Positions 1-10,042 of a stretch of 58,134 bases of DNA are shown piece after piece. Position numbers and translations under genes: made by a program. The first letter of the stretch is position 1. Every line of letters begins with the position of its first letter. Origin of the DNA: Paracoccaceae bacterium (GTDB lineage Bacteria > Pseudomonadota > Alphaproteobacteria > Rhodobacterales > Rhodobacteraceae); the NCBI GenBank assembly GCA_039767595.1, contig JBDNBY010000080.1:1-58134 (forward strand), in the 5' to 3' direction. The notes under the pieces were generated by a model that worked only from the letters and a program-made list of their open reading frames with translations, did no database searches and was not told where the DNA came from.

Positions 1-101
1 ACATTCGTGTTTGAACATTTTGACAGCCTCATGCACGAAGACAGCTTCATGCAGCGGCTCAAACAATTTCAAGCCCGCAGCACGGCGCAAAAGGGGGATG
101 C

Positions 102-746
102 ATGAGTTACAAATTATATTGTTTTGCCGAATCTGGCCATTCTTACAAAATCGCACTGGCGCTCCAATTGGCTGGCGCCAAATGGGATCCAATTTTCGTG
201 GATTTCTTTGCTGGCGAGACGCGCAGCGCGGAATATTTGGCCGAGGTCAATGAAATGGGCGAGGCGCCTGTGTTTGTGGATGGGGACGTCAAACTCACGC
301 AATCGGGCGTGATCCTAGACTACTTTAACGGCCGCATTGGATCCTATTGGGGCGACACCGAGGCGCAGCGCCGCGAGATCCTGCGCTGGATGTTTTGGGA
401 TACGCATAAATTTTCGTCCAACTTAGGGACCGCTCGCTTTTTGATGAATTTCTTTCCCAAGGAAAAGCGCCCCCAAGAGGCCATCGCCAATTTAAACGCA
501 CGCAATCGCGCGGCGTTGAAAACTCTAGAGACACACTTAGAGGGGCGGGACTGGGTGGCCACAGATCGCGCCTCGGCCGCGGATATCTGCTGTAGCGGCT
601 ACTTATTTTACCCCGAAGACTTTGGATTTGAGCGCAGCGCCTATCCCAATATTGATCGCTGGCTGACGAACCTGCAATCGCTGCCCAAGTGGGCCCACCC
701 CTATGACATGATGCAGCGGGCCTTTCCGACTGCCCCAAAGGAGTAA
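102..746 (+). CDS. glutathione S-transferase family protein
   Basis: 214-aa ORF with a purine-rich RBS (AAAGGGGGA) upstream. It has a thioredoxin-like GST N-domain (APVFVDGDVKLTQSGVILDYF) and a helical C-domain. The stop lies 3 nt before the thiolase ATG. Confidence 0.85.
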   Translation: MSYKLYCFAESGHSYKIALALQLAGAKWDPIFVDFFAGETRSAEYLAEVNEMGEAPVFVDGDVKLTQSGVILDYFNGRIGSYWGDTEAQRREILRWMFWDTHKFSSNLGTARFLMNFFPKEKRPQEAIANLNARNRAALKTLETHLEGRDWVATDRASAADICCSGYLFYPEDFGFERSAYPNIDRWLTNLQSLPKWAHPYDMMQRAFPTAPKE

Positions 747-749
747 GTT

Positions 750-1961
750 ATGACAGATGCCTATATCTATGACGCCGTGCGCAGTCCGCGCGGCAAAGGC
801 CGCAAAGACGGTGCCTTGCACGAAGTGACGGCGCTGAGCCTGTCGGCGCAAATGCTCAATGCGATTAAATCACGCAACGCCCTTGAGGGTCACGCCGTTG
901 AGGATGTGATTTGGGGCAATGTGACCCAAGTCGCCGAACAAGGCGGTTGTTTGGCGCGCTCAGCGGTGTTGGCCTCGGATCTGGATGAGGCGATCCCTGG
1001 ATTGTCGATCAACCGCTTTTGTGCCTCGGGCCTTGAGGCTGCAAACTTAGCCGCGAACCAAGTGCGCGCCGGCGCCGGCCGCGCGTATATCGCCGGCGGC
1101 GTCGAAATGATGAGCCGCGTACCCATGGGCTCCGATGGGGCCGCCATCGCCGTTGACCCCTCATTGGCGATGTCGAGCTATTTCGTGCCCCAAGGGATTT
1201 CCGCCGATATCATCGCAACTGAGTATGGATTTAGCCGCGACGATGCCGACGCCTTTGCCGTCGAAAGCCAACAGCGCGCCAAGGCTGCGTGGGATGACAA
1301 CCGTTTTAGCAAAAGCATTGTGCCCGTACGCGATGTGAACGGGCTGACTATTCTCGAGCATGACGAATATATGCGCCCCCAAACCGATATGCAGGGCCTT
1401 GGCGCCTTGAACGCATCGTTCAAAGATATGGGCGAAGTGATGCCAGGCTTTGATGCCGTCGCGCTCATGAAATACCCTCATCTTGAGCGGATCAACCATA
1501 TCCACCATGCGGGCAATTCATCTGGGATTGTCGATGGTTCTGCGGCAATTTTGATTGGGGACAAGGCCTTTGGCGAGGCTCATGGCCTGCGCCCGCGGGC
1601 CCGTATTCGCGCCACATCCAAAATCGGTACGGACCCGACGATCATGCTCACGGGTCCTGTGCCTGTGACGCATAAGATCCTCGCAGATCATGGGATGGCC
1701 ATCGGCGATATTGATCTGTTTGAAGTCAACGAAGCCTTTGCCTCAGTCGTGCTGCGGTTCATGCAGGCCTTTGATGTCGATGCGTCCAAAGTGAACGTCA
1801 ACGGCGGATCCATCGCCATGGGCCACCCGCTGGGCGCCACAGGGGCGATCATCCTTGGCACGCTGCTGGACGAGTTGGAACGCTCGGACAAAGAAACCGG
1901 CCTCGCCACGCTCTGTATTGCCTCGGGCATGGGCGTCGCGACAATCATCGAACGCGTATAA
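750..1961 (+). CDS. fadA: acetyl-CoA C-acyltransferase (3-ketoacyl-CoA thiolase)
   Basis: 403-aa ORF with thiolase motifs: IYDAVRSPRGKG, the nucleophile context NRFCASGLEA, and the C-terminal NVNGGSIAMGHPLGATG and CIASGMG. Confidence 0.92.
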   Translation: MTDAYIYDAVRSPRGKGRKDGALHEVTALSLSAQMLNAIKSRNALEGHAVEDVIWGNVTQVAEQGGCLARSAVLASDLDEAIPGLSINRFCASGLEAANLAANQVRAGAGRAYIAGGVEMMSRVPMGSDGAAIAVDPSLAMSSYFVPQGISADIIATEYGFSRDDADAFAVESQQRAKAAWDDNRFSKSIVPVRDVNGLTILEHDEYMRPQTDMQGLGALNASFKDMGEVMPGFDAVALMKYPHLERINHIHHAGNSSGIVDGSAAILIGDKAFGEAHGLRPRARIRATSKIGTDPTIMLTGPVPVTHKILADHGMAIGDIDLFEVNEAFASVVLRFMQAFDVDASKVNVNGGSIAMGHPLGATGAIILGTLLDELERSDKETGLATLCIASGMGVATIIERV

Positions 1962-1973
1962 GGAGACGGAACA

Positions 1974-4169
1974 ATGAGCGATTTTACTCTGGATAAACAC
2001 GCCGATGGCGTTGCCGTCATCACGTGGGACACGGCCAAAAAATCTATGAACGTCATGAACGAACAGGGTTTTATCGACCTTGAGGCAATGATTGACGACT
2101 GCCTTGGGGATGAGGCCGTCAAAGGGGTGATATTAACCTCTGGCAAGGAGGGATCCTTTGCCGGCGGCATGGATCTTAATATCATTGCGAAGATGAAAGA
2201 ACTGGCCGGCGACGACCCAGCGCGCGGTCTATTTGATGGGATTATGAACATCCACCGCCTCCTGCGCAAGATTGAGCGCGCGGGCATGGATCCCAAAACG
2301 AACAAAGGCGGCAAGCCGATCGCCTGTGTGATGCCCGGCACTGGGCTTGGCATTGGGTTCGAAGTGCCGCTGGCCTGCCACCGTATTTTTGCTGCCACCA
2401 ACCCCAAGGCGAAAATTGGTCTGCCTGAAATCAAAGTGGGCATTTTCCCAGGTGCTGGCGGCACAACCCGTTTGGTGCGCAAATTGGGCGTGATGGGCGC
2501 ATCGCAATTTTTGCTCGAGGGCAAGCTTTTGACCCCAGCCAAGGCCAAGGCGGCCGGCCTCATTGACGAAGTGTCAGACGATCCGATGGCCGATGCCCGC
2601 GCTTGGGTGCTCTCGGCAACCGATGCCGATATCCTCAAACCATGGGACGCCAAGGGCTATAAAATGCCAGGCGGCACGCCCTATCATCCTGCGGGCTTTA
2701 TGACATTCGTGGGCGCATCGGCCATGGTCCATGGCAAAACCAAAGGGGTCTATCCTGCGGCCAAAGCCATGCTCAGCGCCGTCTACGAAGGGGCGCAAGT
2801 GCCCTTTGACACCGCCCTTAAAATCGAAGCGCGCTGGTTCAGCAATATTTTGATGAACCCAAGCTCTTCGGCGATGATCCGCAGCCTCTTTATCAACAAA
2901 GAGGCCCTCGAAAAGGGCGCGTCGCGCCCTGCTGGGGTTGCTGATCAATGTGTGCGCAAGCTGGGCATCTTGGGTGCCGGCATGATGGGCGCGGGCATTG
3001 CGCTTGTCTCCGCCCAAGCGGGGATTGAGGTCGTGTTGATCGACCAATCCCAAGAGGCGGCCGACAAAGGCAAAGCCTATAGCGCGGCCTATCTCGACAA
3101 AGGAATGAAGCGCGGCAAAACCACCACCGATCAAAAAGAGGCTATTTTAGCGCGTATCACTGCAACGCCCGATTATGCGGCCCTTGCGGATGCCGATTTA
3201 ATCATTGAGGCCGTCTTTGAAGATCCAAAAATCAAAGCTCAAGTGACCCAAGAGGTCCTCAAACATGCGCCGCAAGATGTGATTTTTGCCTCCAACACCT
3301 CGACATTGCCGATCAGCGAATTGGCCAAAGCCTCGAACAATCAAGAGCAGTTTATCGGCATTCACTTCTTCTCCCCTGTTGAGAAAATGCTCTTGGTCGA
3401 AATCATCAAAGGCGCGAACACCGGCGATCGCGCCGTGGCCAAAGCCTTGGATTATGTGCGGCAAATCAAAAAGACACCGATCGTTGTCAATGACGAGCGG
3501 TTCTTTTATGCCAATCGCTGTATCATCCCCTACCTCAACGAAGGGATGCGGATGGTTGCCGAGGGGATCAATCCCAACTTGATTGAGAACGCCGCCGCGC
3601 AACTTGGCTTCCCTGTGGGGCCGTTGCAATTGGTGGATGAGACATCTATCGAATTGGGCGCAAAAATCGCCCGCGCCACACGTGCGGCGATGGGCGATGC
3701 CTATCCCGATGGCGCCGTGGACGAAGTGATCTTTTGGCTAGAGGGGCTGGGCCGTTTGGGGCGCAAAACGCACCAAGGGTTCTATGATTATGACGACAAA
3801 GGTAAACGCACAGGTATCTGGCCCGGCCTTGCCGATCAATACCCTCTCGCCGCCGACCAGCCCGATCTGCAAGAGATCAAAGATCGACTGATCTTTGTCC
3901 AAGCCCTCGAAGCTGTGCGCGCCTTAGAGCAATCTGTCCTAGAGGATATCCGCGAAGGCGACGTAGGCGCCATTCTAGGCTGGGGGTTTGCGCCGTGGTC
4001 TGGTGGACCGTTCTCATGGCTCGATATGCTCGGCAGCCCCTATGCCGCCGAACGTGCAACGCAATTGGCAGCGGCGCATGGCCCGCGGTTCAGCTGTCCC
4101 CCGCTGTTGCAAAGCATGGCAGATACAGGCGCTTCATTTTACAAAGGCATATCGGCCCAAGCGGCATAA
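1974..4169 (+). CDS. fadB: bifunctional enoyl-CoA hydratase / 3-hydroxyacyl-CoA dehydrogenase (FadB/FadJ-type)
   Basis: 731-aa ORF. An N-terminal crotonase domain is followed by an NAD Rossmann motif (LGILGAGMMGAGIA) and a 3HCDH C-domain. The gene starts 12 nt after the thiolase stop. Confidence 0.9.
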   Translation: MSDFTLDKHADGVAVITWDTAKKSMNVMNEQGFIDLEAMIDDCLGDEAVKGVILTSGKEGSFAGGMDLNIIAKMKELAGDDPARGLFDGIMNIHRLLRKIERAGMDPKTNKGGKPIACVMPGTGLGIGFEVPLACHRIFAATNPKAKIGLPEIKVGIFPGAGGTTRLVRKLGVMGASQFLLEGKLLTPAKAKAAGLIDEVSDDPMADARAWVLSATDADILKPWDAKGYKMPGGTPYHPAGFMTFVGASAMVHGKTKGVYPAAKAMLSAVYEGAQVPFDTALKIEARWFSNILMNPSSSAMIRSLFINKEALEKGASRPAGVADQCVRKLGILGAGMMGAGIALVSAQAGIEVVLIDQSQEAADKGKAYSAAYLDKGMKRGKTTTDQKEAILARITATPDYAALADADLIIEAVFEDPKIKAQVTQEVLKHAPQDVIFASNTSTLPISELAKASNNQEQFIGIHFFSPVEKMLLVEIIKGANTGDRAVAKALDYVRQIKKTPIVVNDERFFYANRCIIPYLNEGMRMVAEGINPNLIENAAAQLGFPVGPLQLVDETSIELGAKIARATRAAMGDAYPDGAVDEVIFWLEGLGRLGRKTHQGFYDYDDKGKRTGIWPGLADQYPLAADQPDLQEIKDRLIFVQALEAVRALEQSVLEDIREGDVGAILGWGFAPWSGGPFSWLDMLGSPYAAERATQLAAAHGPRFSCPPLLQSMADTGASFYKGISAQAA

Positions 4170-4195
4170 AACGGCGCCTGCGCAGTATCAACACA

Positions 4196-4230
4196 TTTTG
4201 AAATGGCCCCTCTCATAGGGGGCCATTTTC
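4196..4230. terminator. bidirectional intrinsic terminator between fadB-type gene and DMT transporter gene
   Basis: A perfect 10-bp stem (AAATGGCCCC at 4201-4210 with GGGGCCATTT at 4219-4228) encloses an 8-nt loop. It is flanked by TTTTG on the left and TTTTC on the right, and sits between two convergent stop codons (4169 and 4241). Confidence 0.8.
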
Positions 4231-4240
4231 ATGCCGCGCT

Positions 4241-5152
4241 CTAGCGTTCGGCGCGCTGTGTGCGCAGTGAAATGGTCGCCGAAGCCATGACAATCACGCC
4301 AATGCCGATCATCTGAACAACATCGATCACCTGCCCCAGCCATAGAAATGCGAAAAACGGACCAAAAACAAACACCGTATTTTCAAGCACGGCAATCTCT
4401 GCTGTCTCGCCCAATTGATAGGCTTTGGTCACGAAAACAGTGATCAACACCGATCCAAACATCTGTAAAATCAGCTCATTTTGAACGGCGCTCACATCCC
4501 AGACCCACCCACGGCTCAGATACTCGGGAAGTCCCGCCAAAAGAGCCGGATCAATGACAGACACCGTCATCAGGCCAAGTACGCCCCAGATCCCTTGGAC
4601 CGCGACCATTGCCACCACCAAGGTCAAAGCACTCTCTCCCGCGCAGCGTTGCCGCGTGATAATCGCCGCACAGGCATACAGAAACCCAGCGCTCAGCGCG
4701 GCAAAGACACTTGGATGCACTTGGGTGATATTCAGCTTTTGCACCATTAAAATCCCGCAAAACCCTAAAACGGCTGCCCCCACGCGCACAGGGCCAATCG
4801 CACTGCGCAAGAAAAACAGCGTGATCAGAGCGACAAAAATCGGCGAGGCATACATGCCCGCCAAGGCCTGCGCCAAGGGCATCACGCCAAGCGCGCCAAA
4901 ATAAATACTGAGCCCCGTCCCAAAGAGTGCCGAGCGCAGCACCACCCAGCGCCACTGCCCCACTTCTAAGCGCCCCAAATGAAACAGACGCGCGCACAGT
5001 AAGGCCAGCGGGATCATGCAAACCGCCCGAAGTAAAAGCAATTGCCACAGCCCCATCACTTGGGAAATCGAGGCGACAAACACGTCAATGACGCCGATCG
5101 TCAACATCGCACCTAAGATAAAGAGCCGCGCGCGCGTATTGAATGTGCTCAT
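4241..5152 (-). CDS. DMT (EamA-like) family transporter
   Basis: 303-aa very hydrophobic ORF with about 10 predicted TM segments in two similar halves, which is typical of EamA/RhaT-type permeases. Confidence 0.7.
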   Translation of the reverse strand: MSTFNTRARLFILGAMLTIGVIDVFVASISQVMGLWQLLLLRAVCMIPLALLCARLFHLGRLEVGQWRWVVLRSALFGTGLSIYFGALGVMPLAQALAGMYASPIFVALITLFFLRSAIGPVRVGAAVLGFCGILMVQKLNITQVHPSVFAALSAGFLYACAAIITRQRCAGESALTLVVAMVAVQGIWGVLGLMTVSVIDPALLAGLPEYLSRGWVWDVSAVQNELILQMFGSVLITVFVTKAYQLGETAEIAVLENTVFVFGPFFAFLWLGQVIDVVQMIGIGVIVMASATISLRTQRAER

Positions 5153-5236
5153 GTCAAAATTGCCTCTTTTTCATCGTTGAAATATTCCTTATGCATTTTG
5201 CAACGCAACAACAATTGAAACTATAAGGAAACCGAC

Positions 5237-6862
5237 ATGGGATGGCTTCGTGATGAAACGGGACTGGACAAAAACGCGGCAAATTACGTTGCCCTTTCTC
5301 CGCTGAGCTTTTTGCAGCGGGCCGTTACGATTTACCCACAGCATCCTGCGACAATCTACGGCAAAACCACGCAGACGTATCAGCAATATTACAAACGGAT
5401 CACCAAGCTTGCCGCCGCCCTCAGCGCCGCAGGCATCCAAGCGGGTGATGTTGTCTCAACCCTTTTGCCGAACATCCCGCAGCATGCCGAGGCGCATTTT
5501 GCCATTCCCGCCACGGGCGCGGTGATCAACGCGATCAACACCCGCCTTGATGTAAGCACAGTGGCCTATATTTTCGATCACTCCGAATGTAAAATTGTTC
5601 TATGTGACAGCGCCTTGGTGCCCCTCGCCGAAGAGGCGATCGCCCAGATGGACGGCGCCGCGCCGCGCATCATCGAAGTTGTCGATCTTGAGGCCAATTG
5701 CACCGCATCAGGGCGTCATGACACTTATGAAGATTTCTTGGCCAAGGGCGATGATGGCTATGCATGGGTTTTGCCCCAAGACGAATGGGAAAGCATTGCT
5801 CTGAATTATACATCTGGCACAACGGGCCGCCCCAAGGGCGTCGTCTATCATCATCGCGGCGCCTATTTAAACGCGATGGGTCAGGTGATCTCGCTGCGCA
5901 TGGTGCTGCATCCGGTCTATTTGGCGATTGTGCCGCTGTTCCATTGCAACAACTGGTGCCACACTTGGATGATGCCGGTCATTGGCGGTACTTTTGTGGG
6001 ATGCCGCGATATCACCGCCAAGAATATCTATGATGCCATCAGGGATCACGGCGTCACGCATTTCTCAGGCGCGCCGATTGTCTTGAACATGATCGTCAAC
6101 GCCAAAGAGGACGAGCGCCGCCCCTTCGATCATATCGTCGAAGTGGGCACCGCAGGCGCCCCGCCCGCCGCCGCCACATTGGCCGCGATCGAGCCTTTGG
6201 GCTTTAACGTCACGCAGCTCTATGGCCTCACAGAAACCTATGGCCCCGCCGTCGAATGCTATTGGAACGATGAGCAATGGGGCGATCTACAAGGCGAGGC
6301 ACGCGCAGCTATGAAAGCGCGCACAGGGATCGCCATGCCCTTTATGGAGCCGATCCAAGTGTGGGACAGCGCCCATAACACGATCCCCATGGACGGCGAG
6401 GCCACGGGCGAAGTGGTCTTTCGCGGCAATGGCGTGATGAAAGGCTATTTCAAAAACCCACAAGCCACGGCCGAGGCCTTTGCCGGCGGCATGTTCCACT
6501 CGGGCGATATCGCCAAACACCATCCCGACAGCTATATCCAAATCGCCGATCGCGCCAAGGATATCATCATTTCAGGGGGCGAGAATATTTCCTCTGTCGA
6601 AGTCGAAGGCGTCCTGATGGGCCACCCCGCCGTGAGCCTTTGCTCCGTCGTGGCCAAACCAGATGAGAAATGGGGCGAAGTGCCTTGTGCCTTTATCGAA
6701 TTAAAAGACGGCGCTGACGTGAGCAAAGAGGAGTTAAATAGCTTTGCACGCAGCAAGCTGGCTGGCTTTAAAACGCCCAAAGACTACCGTTTTCAAGAGC
6801 TGCCCAAAACCTCAACTGGAAAAATCCAGAAATTCGAACTCCGCAAACAGTTCAAGACATAA
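5237..6862 (+). CDS. AMP-forming acyl-CoA synthetase (short/medium-chain acyl-activating enzyme family)
   Basis: 541-aa ORF with the AMP-binding motif YTSGTTGRPKGV, the TETYG motif, GDIA..DRAKDIIISGGENISS, and a terminal PKTSTGKIQK lysine loop. An AAGGAA RBS lies 7 nt upstream. Confidence 0.88.
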   Translation: MGWLRDETGLDKNAANYVALSPLSFLQRAVTIYPQHPATIYGKTTQTYQQYYKRITKLAAALSAAGIQAGDVVSTLLPNIPQHAEAHFAIPATGAVINAINTRLDVSTVAYIFDHSECKIVLCDSALVPLAEEAIAQMDGAAPRIIEVVDLEANCTASGRHDTYEDFLAKGDDGYAWVLPQDEWESIALNYTSGTTGRPKGVVYHHRGAYLNAMGQVISLRMVLHPVYLAIVPLFHCNNWCHTWMMPVIGGTFVGCRDITAKNIYDAIRDHGVTHFSGAPIVLNMIVNAKEDERRPFDHIVEVGTAGAPPAAATLAAIEPLGFNVTQLYGLTETYGPAVECYWNDEQWGDLQGEARAAMKARTGIAMPFMEPIQVWDSAHNTIPMDGEATGEVVFRGNGVMKGYFKNPQATAEAFAGGMFHSGDIAKHHPDSYIQIADRAKDIIISGGENISSVEVEGVLMGHPAVSLCSVVAKPDEKWGEVPCAFIELKDGADVSKEELNSFARSKLAGFKTPKDYRFQELPKTSTGKIQKFELRKQFKT

Positions 6863-6873
6863 AGGGTCACAAT

Positions 6874-7773
6874 GTGACGGCCATAACGCATTATAGCTCA
6901 CTCGAGGGGATCGGAAAATGGCGCAGTGATGCCTTGTCTGTCCCCATGGGTGTTGCGGTGGTCTTGGGAAAACGGTCCTTGATGATCCAAGATATCGTCG
7001 CCCCAGATCGTCTGATTGCGCATTGGGATTTGGCGGCCATCACGCGGCGGCGGGCCGATCCCGAATGGGGTGTATGCTATTCCACGGGTCCCACACGCGA
7101 CGAAGAGCTTTGGATTTCCGCAGATCAAACCGACCTGATCGCAGCGCTCGACACTCTCGAGGATGTCTTGCGCCCGCCTGTCATTCCCCACAATCGCCCA
7201 TGGGGGCGGATCATTGGGCTTGCTCTGGGCGCCTGTGTGATGGGCTATGCGGTGTGGACCGCGCCGTCATGGAAGACCACGCTGCTACAAGATAGCCTGA
7301 CACCGCCGATGCGCCAATCGATCACCCAAGGCTTGATTAGCGAACTCACCGAACAAGGGGCACTGTGCTCCCTGCCCCAAAATGACACGTTACTGGCCGA
7401 GCTGAACACAAGCTTTGGCCATGATGCGACGGTCTATATTGATCAACGTCCTGCGCAACCGGCCACGTTTCTCAGCCGCACCGCCCTGTTATTGCCGCGC
7501 GACGCATTTGAGAGCATGAATGATCAAGAGGCTCGCGCTGTGCTGCCGCAACTCGCGGCGCAAGATGATCCATTGGCAAACGCGATGATCAAGCTGGACT
7601 TTATTCAAGCCGTCCGATTTTGGCTCTCTGGTCATCTCACCCATGACGCGCAGACAGACGTGCTCGATCACATCACCGCGGCCCCGCAAATCAGCACACA
7701 GACCACCAGTAAAAAGATAACAGGCGCTCTTTACGAACGCCTGCTGTCAAAATGCTTCTCACATACGGACTAA
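6874..7773 (+). CDS. hypothetical membrane-anchored protein
   Basis: 299-aa ORF with a GTG start and one central hydrophobic helix (IIGLALGACVMGYAVW). I recognise no motif and there is no competing long ORF. The call rests on ORF length and position only. Confidence 0.5.
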   Translation: MTAITHYSSLEGIGKWRSDALSVPMGVAVVLGKRSLMIQDIVAPDRLIAHWDLAAITRRRADPEWGVCYSTGPTRDEELWISADQTDLIAALDTLEDVLRPPVIPHNRPWGRIIGLALGACVMGYAVWTAPSWKTTLLQDSLTPPMRQSITQGLISELTEQGALCSLPQNDTLLAELNTSFGHDATVYIDQRPAQPATFLSRTALLLPRDAFESMNDQEARAVLPQLAAQDDPLANAMIKLDFIQAVRFWLSGHLTHDAQTDVLDHITAAPQISTQTTSKKITGALYERLLSKCFSHTD

Positions 7774-7780
7774 AGCGGCC

Positions 7781-9280
7781 CTAGCGGACAAACGCATCGG
7801 CAAACCCAGCCGACCGCGCCGCAGATAGGGCGCGCGGCACAGACTGCGGCGCCACTGGCCCCACCATCACAACAGTCAATCCTCGTGCAGCCGTTTGCGC
7901 CACAGGCAACCCTTGGGCATTCAACCGCTGCATGGTGCGCGCAGCATTGCCTGCATTCTTAAAGGACGCCACTTGGATATACCGCCCCGCACTGGTCTGC
8001 GGCTCTGCCGCAAATCCAAGCCGTGTTGGCGCCACCTGTGCCGTCGGCGCGGCCTGACGAGGCACAGTGTTCGTCCAAACTTGCTGCATGCTGGGCGTTG
8101 TGGCCGTTGGCACGGACCGTTCAAACCGACCGTCATTATAGGCAGCTTTGTATTTCTGCGCCGCTATATTTTGGCGTGTTGCAGTGCCAAATCCAAAATG
8201 CGAAGTGGTCCCAATTGCGTTGGCCTGCCGGCGCTCGGCGCGTCTAGACACGGCGCGCATCGCAGGTGCTGCACCGTACGACACTGCAACAGTGTTCATC
8301 GGAGCTGTTTTCGCCGCGGCCGCACGGGGCGAAGAGGTGATACCGCTGACACGCGATGGCGCCGCTCCATATACCATGGTGACAGGCGATTGCGACTGCG
8401 GCGTGCAGCGAATTTGGTAGCCCTGAACATCATCAAGATAACGGGCTGACACAGCCGTCACATTGCCGCACGCGCTGCGGACGTCATTGGCTTGCTGCGG
8501 TGACAAGGTCACTGGCGCAATTTTCGGCGCGGCCCCTTTTGCCGTACCAGCGGCGCCAGCCGCCATCGTGCGGTTGCCCTTGGCAATCGTTCTATATTCT
8601 GGTGGCACACTGCCAGTTGCGGAATCAAAAACGCGCATCATTGGCTCTGCCATGCTGAGCGTTGCGGCATTATTCGATGACGGCAGACGCGGCGCGGGTG
8701 GCTCACTTGTAACGATGTCTTCCATCCCGCCGATGGTATTCTCACTCGCCCCAGTCACAGTCCCCATCAACGCGGCCATATCCGCCTCTGACAAAGCGGT
8801 AACAGCCCCGCTTGCGGAAGCTACGGGGGTGTCGGCCGGCGTATTGATTGCGTCATCTGCGAAAATAGTCACGGCTTCATTCGTATCGACAGTTGGTGTG
8901 TCTGCCACTGTTGCGGCGGCAGGCGCAGCTGGAGCTGCGTCTGATCCCGTGGGTGCGTCGAACAAGCTGCTCAAGTCCGTTTCTTGTGCAGCGGCGGCAG
9001 CCTCGGGCGATGGGGTCGCTTCAGCAATAGCTGTATCGAGGACATCATTGGTCGGCGTCAGGCCACATAAATGCGTTTTATCACGGCGCATCCGTGGCAC
9101 CCAGACGACATTATTGTCGACACCGGCACGAATAAACGCACAGCCATTGGTATCCACATATTGCGTCCCGGTATAGGATGTCGGTGGCACTTCCGCAGGA
9201 ATTTCAGATTGCGCCCATGCTGATCCAACGCTCAGCGCGATACCGCCAACTGCCCCCCAAATCTTTGACCGATGATCCAT
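7781..9280 (-). CDS. SPOR domain-containing periplasmic protein
   Basis: 499-aa ORF with an N-terminal signal peptide ([17 protein letters not shown]), a long Ala/Thr/Pro-rich linker, and a C-terminal SPOR-like peptidoglycan-binding domain ([29 protein letters not shown]). Confidence 0.8.
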   Translation of the reverse strand: MDHRSKIWGAVGGIALSVGSAWAQSEIPAEVPPTSYTGTQYVDTNGCAFIRAGVDNNVVWVPRMRRDKTHLCGLTPTNDVLDTAIAEATPSPEAAAAAQETDLSSLFDAPTGSDAAPAAPAAATVADTPTVDTNEAVTIFADDAINTPADTPVASASGAVTALSEADMAALMGTVTGASENTIGGMEDIVTSEPPAPRLPSSNNAATLSMAEPMMRVFDSATGSVPPEYRTIAKGNRTMAAGAAGTAKGAAPKIAPVTLSPQQANDVRSACGNVTAVSARYLDDVQGYQIRCTPQSQSPVTMVYGAAPSRVSGITSSPRAAAAKTAPMNTVAVSYGAAPAMRAVSRRAERRQANAIGTTSHFGFGTATRQNIAAQKYKAAYNDGRFERSVPTATTPSMQQVWTNTVPRQAAPTAQVAPTRLGFAAEPQTSAGRYIQVASFKNAGNAARTMQRLNAQGLPVAQTAARGLTVVMVGPVAPQSVPRALSAARSAGFADAFVR

Positions 9281-9400
9281 ACCTTACTCCGCCTTTACCG
9301 ATTTGCGCCCAAAATTCCTGATCTTGTGTCTCAAGTAAAGATCTTGTGGAGAGTCGGCGAGGTTTAACTCAATCTAGTAGTGTAAATTATGGGGTGAAAC

Positions 9401-10030
9401 TCATTTGGTACCAAAAATCCGATCCCCTGCATCGCCCAACCCAGGGACAATATAGCCATTCTCGTTCAAATGACGATCCAAGGCAGCCGTGACCAATTTC
9501 ACATCTGGATGCGCTTTTGACACTTGCGCAACGCCCTCGGGCGCGGCCACAAGGCTCATGAATATGATCTGTTGTGCGCCCTTTGCCTTGATTAAATCAA
9601 TGGCAGCGCAGGCACTAAATCCAGTGGCAAGCATTGGATCGAGCAAGACAACCAAACGGTCGGATAACTGATCGGGCAGCTTGCAATAGTATTGCTCGGG
9701 GCGCAACGTCTCTTCATTGCGCTGTAGCCCAACGAAGCCCACACGCGCCGAAGGAAGTAAATCCAACACGCCATCCAGCATGCCATTGCCCGCGCGCATG
9801 ATCGAGATCAACGCCAGCTTTTTACCATCCAAAACAGGGGCATCAATGGTGGTCAACGGGGTTGTAATGGGCCGCGTGGTCAAGGGCATGTCGCGCGTCA
9901 CTTCATAGGCCATCAATTGCGCAATCTCACGCAAGAGCCGCCGAAACGCATTGGTCGACGTCTCGATATCGCGCATAATGCTCAGCTTGTGTTGAATAAG
10001 GGGGTGATCTGTGACGGTAATGTCCGGCAT
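9401..10030 (-). CDS. upp: uracil phosphoribosyltransferase
   Basis: The Upp signature is present ([17 protein letters not shown], and the PRPP loop [13 protein letters not shown]). The ORF track starts at a TTG (10042). I prefer the ATG at 10030, which has GGAGAG upstream. Confidence 0.93.
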   Translation of the reverse strand: MPDITVTDHPLIQHKLSIMRDIETSTNAFRRLLREIAQLMAYEVTRDMPLTTRPITTPLTTIDAPVLDGKKLALISIMRAGNGMLDGVLDLLPSARVGFVGLQRNEETLRPEQYYCKLPDQLSDRLVVLLDPMLATGFSACAAIDLIKAKGAQQIIFMSLVAAPEGVAQVSKAHPDVKLVTAALDRHLNENGYIVPGLGDAGDRIFGTK

Positions 10031-10042
10031 AACGCTCTCCAA

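Noticed and set aside
1688-2653. A 321-aa minus-strand ORF lies antisense to the thiolase and FadB-type genes.
   Set aside because: It lies entirely inside strongly recognised plus-strand genes. Its Ser/Pro/Ala/Arg-rich low-complexity translation is typical of shadow ORFs in GC-rich DNA.
5237-6862. I considered calling the acyl-CoA synthetase DmdB (MMPA-CoA ligase of DMSP demethylation).
   Set aside because: The N-terminal region does not resemble the AlkK/DmdB-type sequences I recall, and no dmdA, dmdC or dmdD genes are adjacent. I kept the generic family call.
8463-9176. A 237-aa plus-strand ORF lies opposite the SPOR gene.
   Set aside because: It is the antisense of an Ala-rich coding region. 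Its composition is Ala/Val/Ser-rich, with no start context and no recognisable domain.
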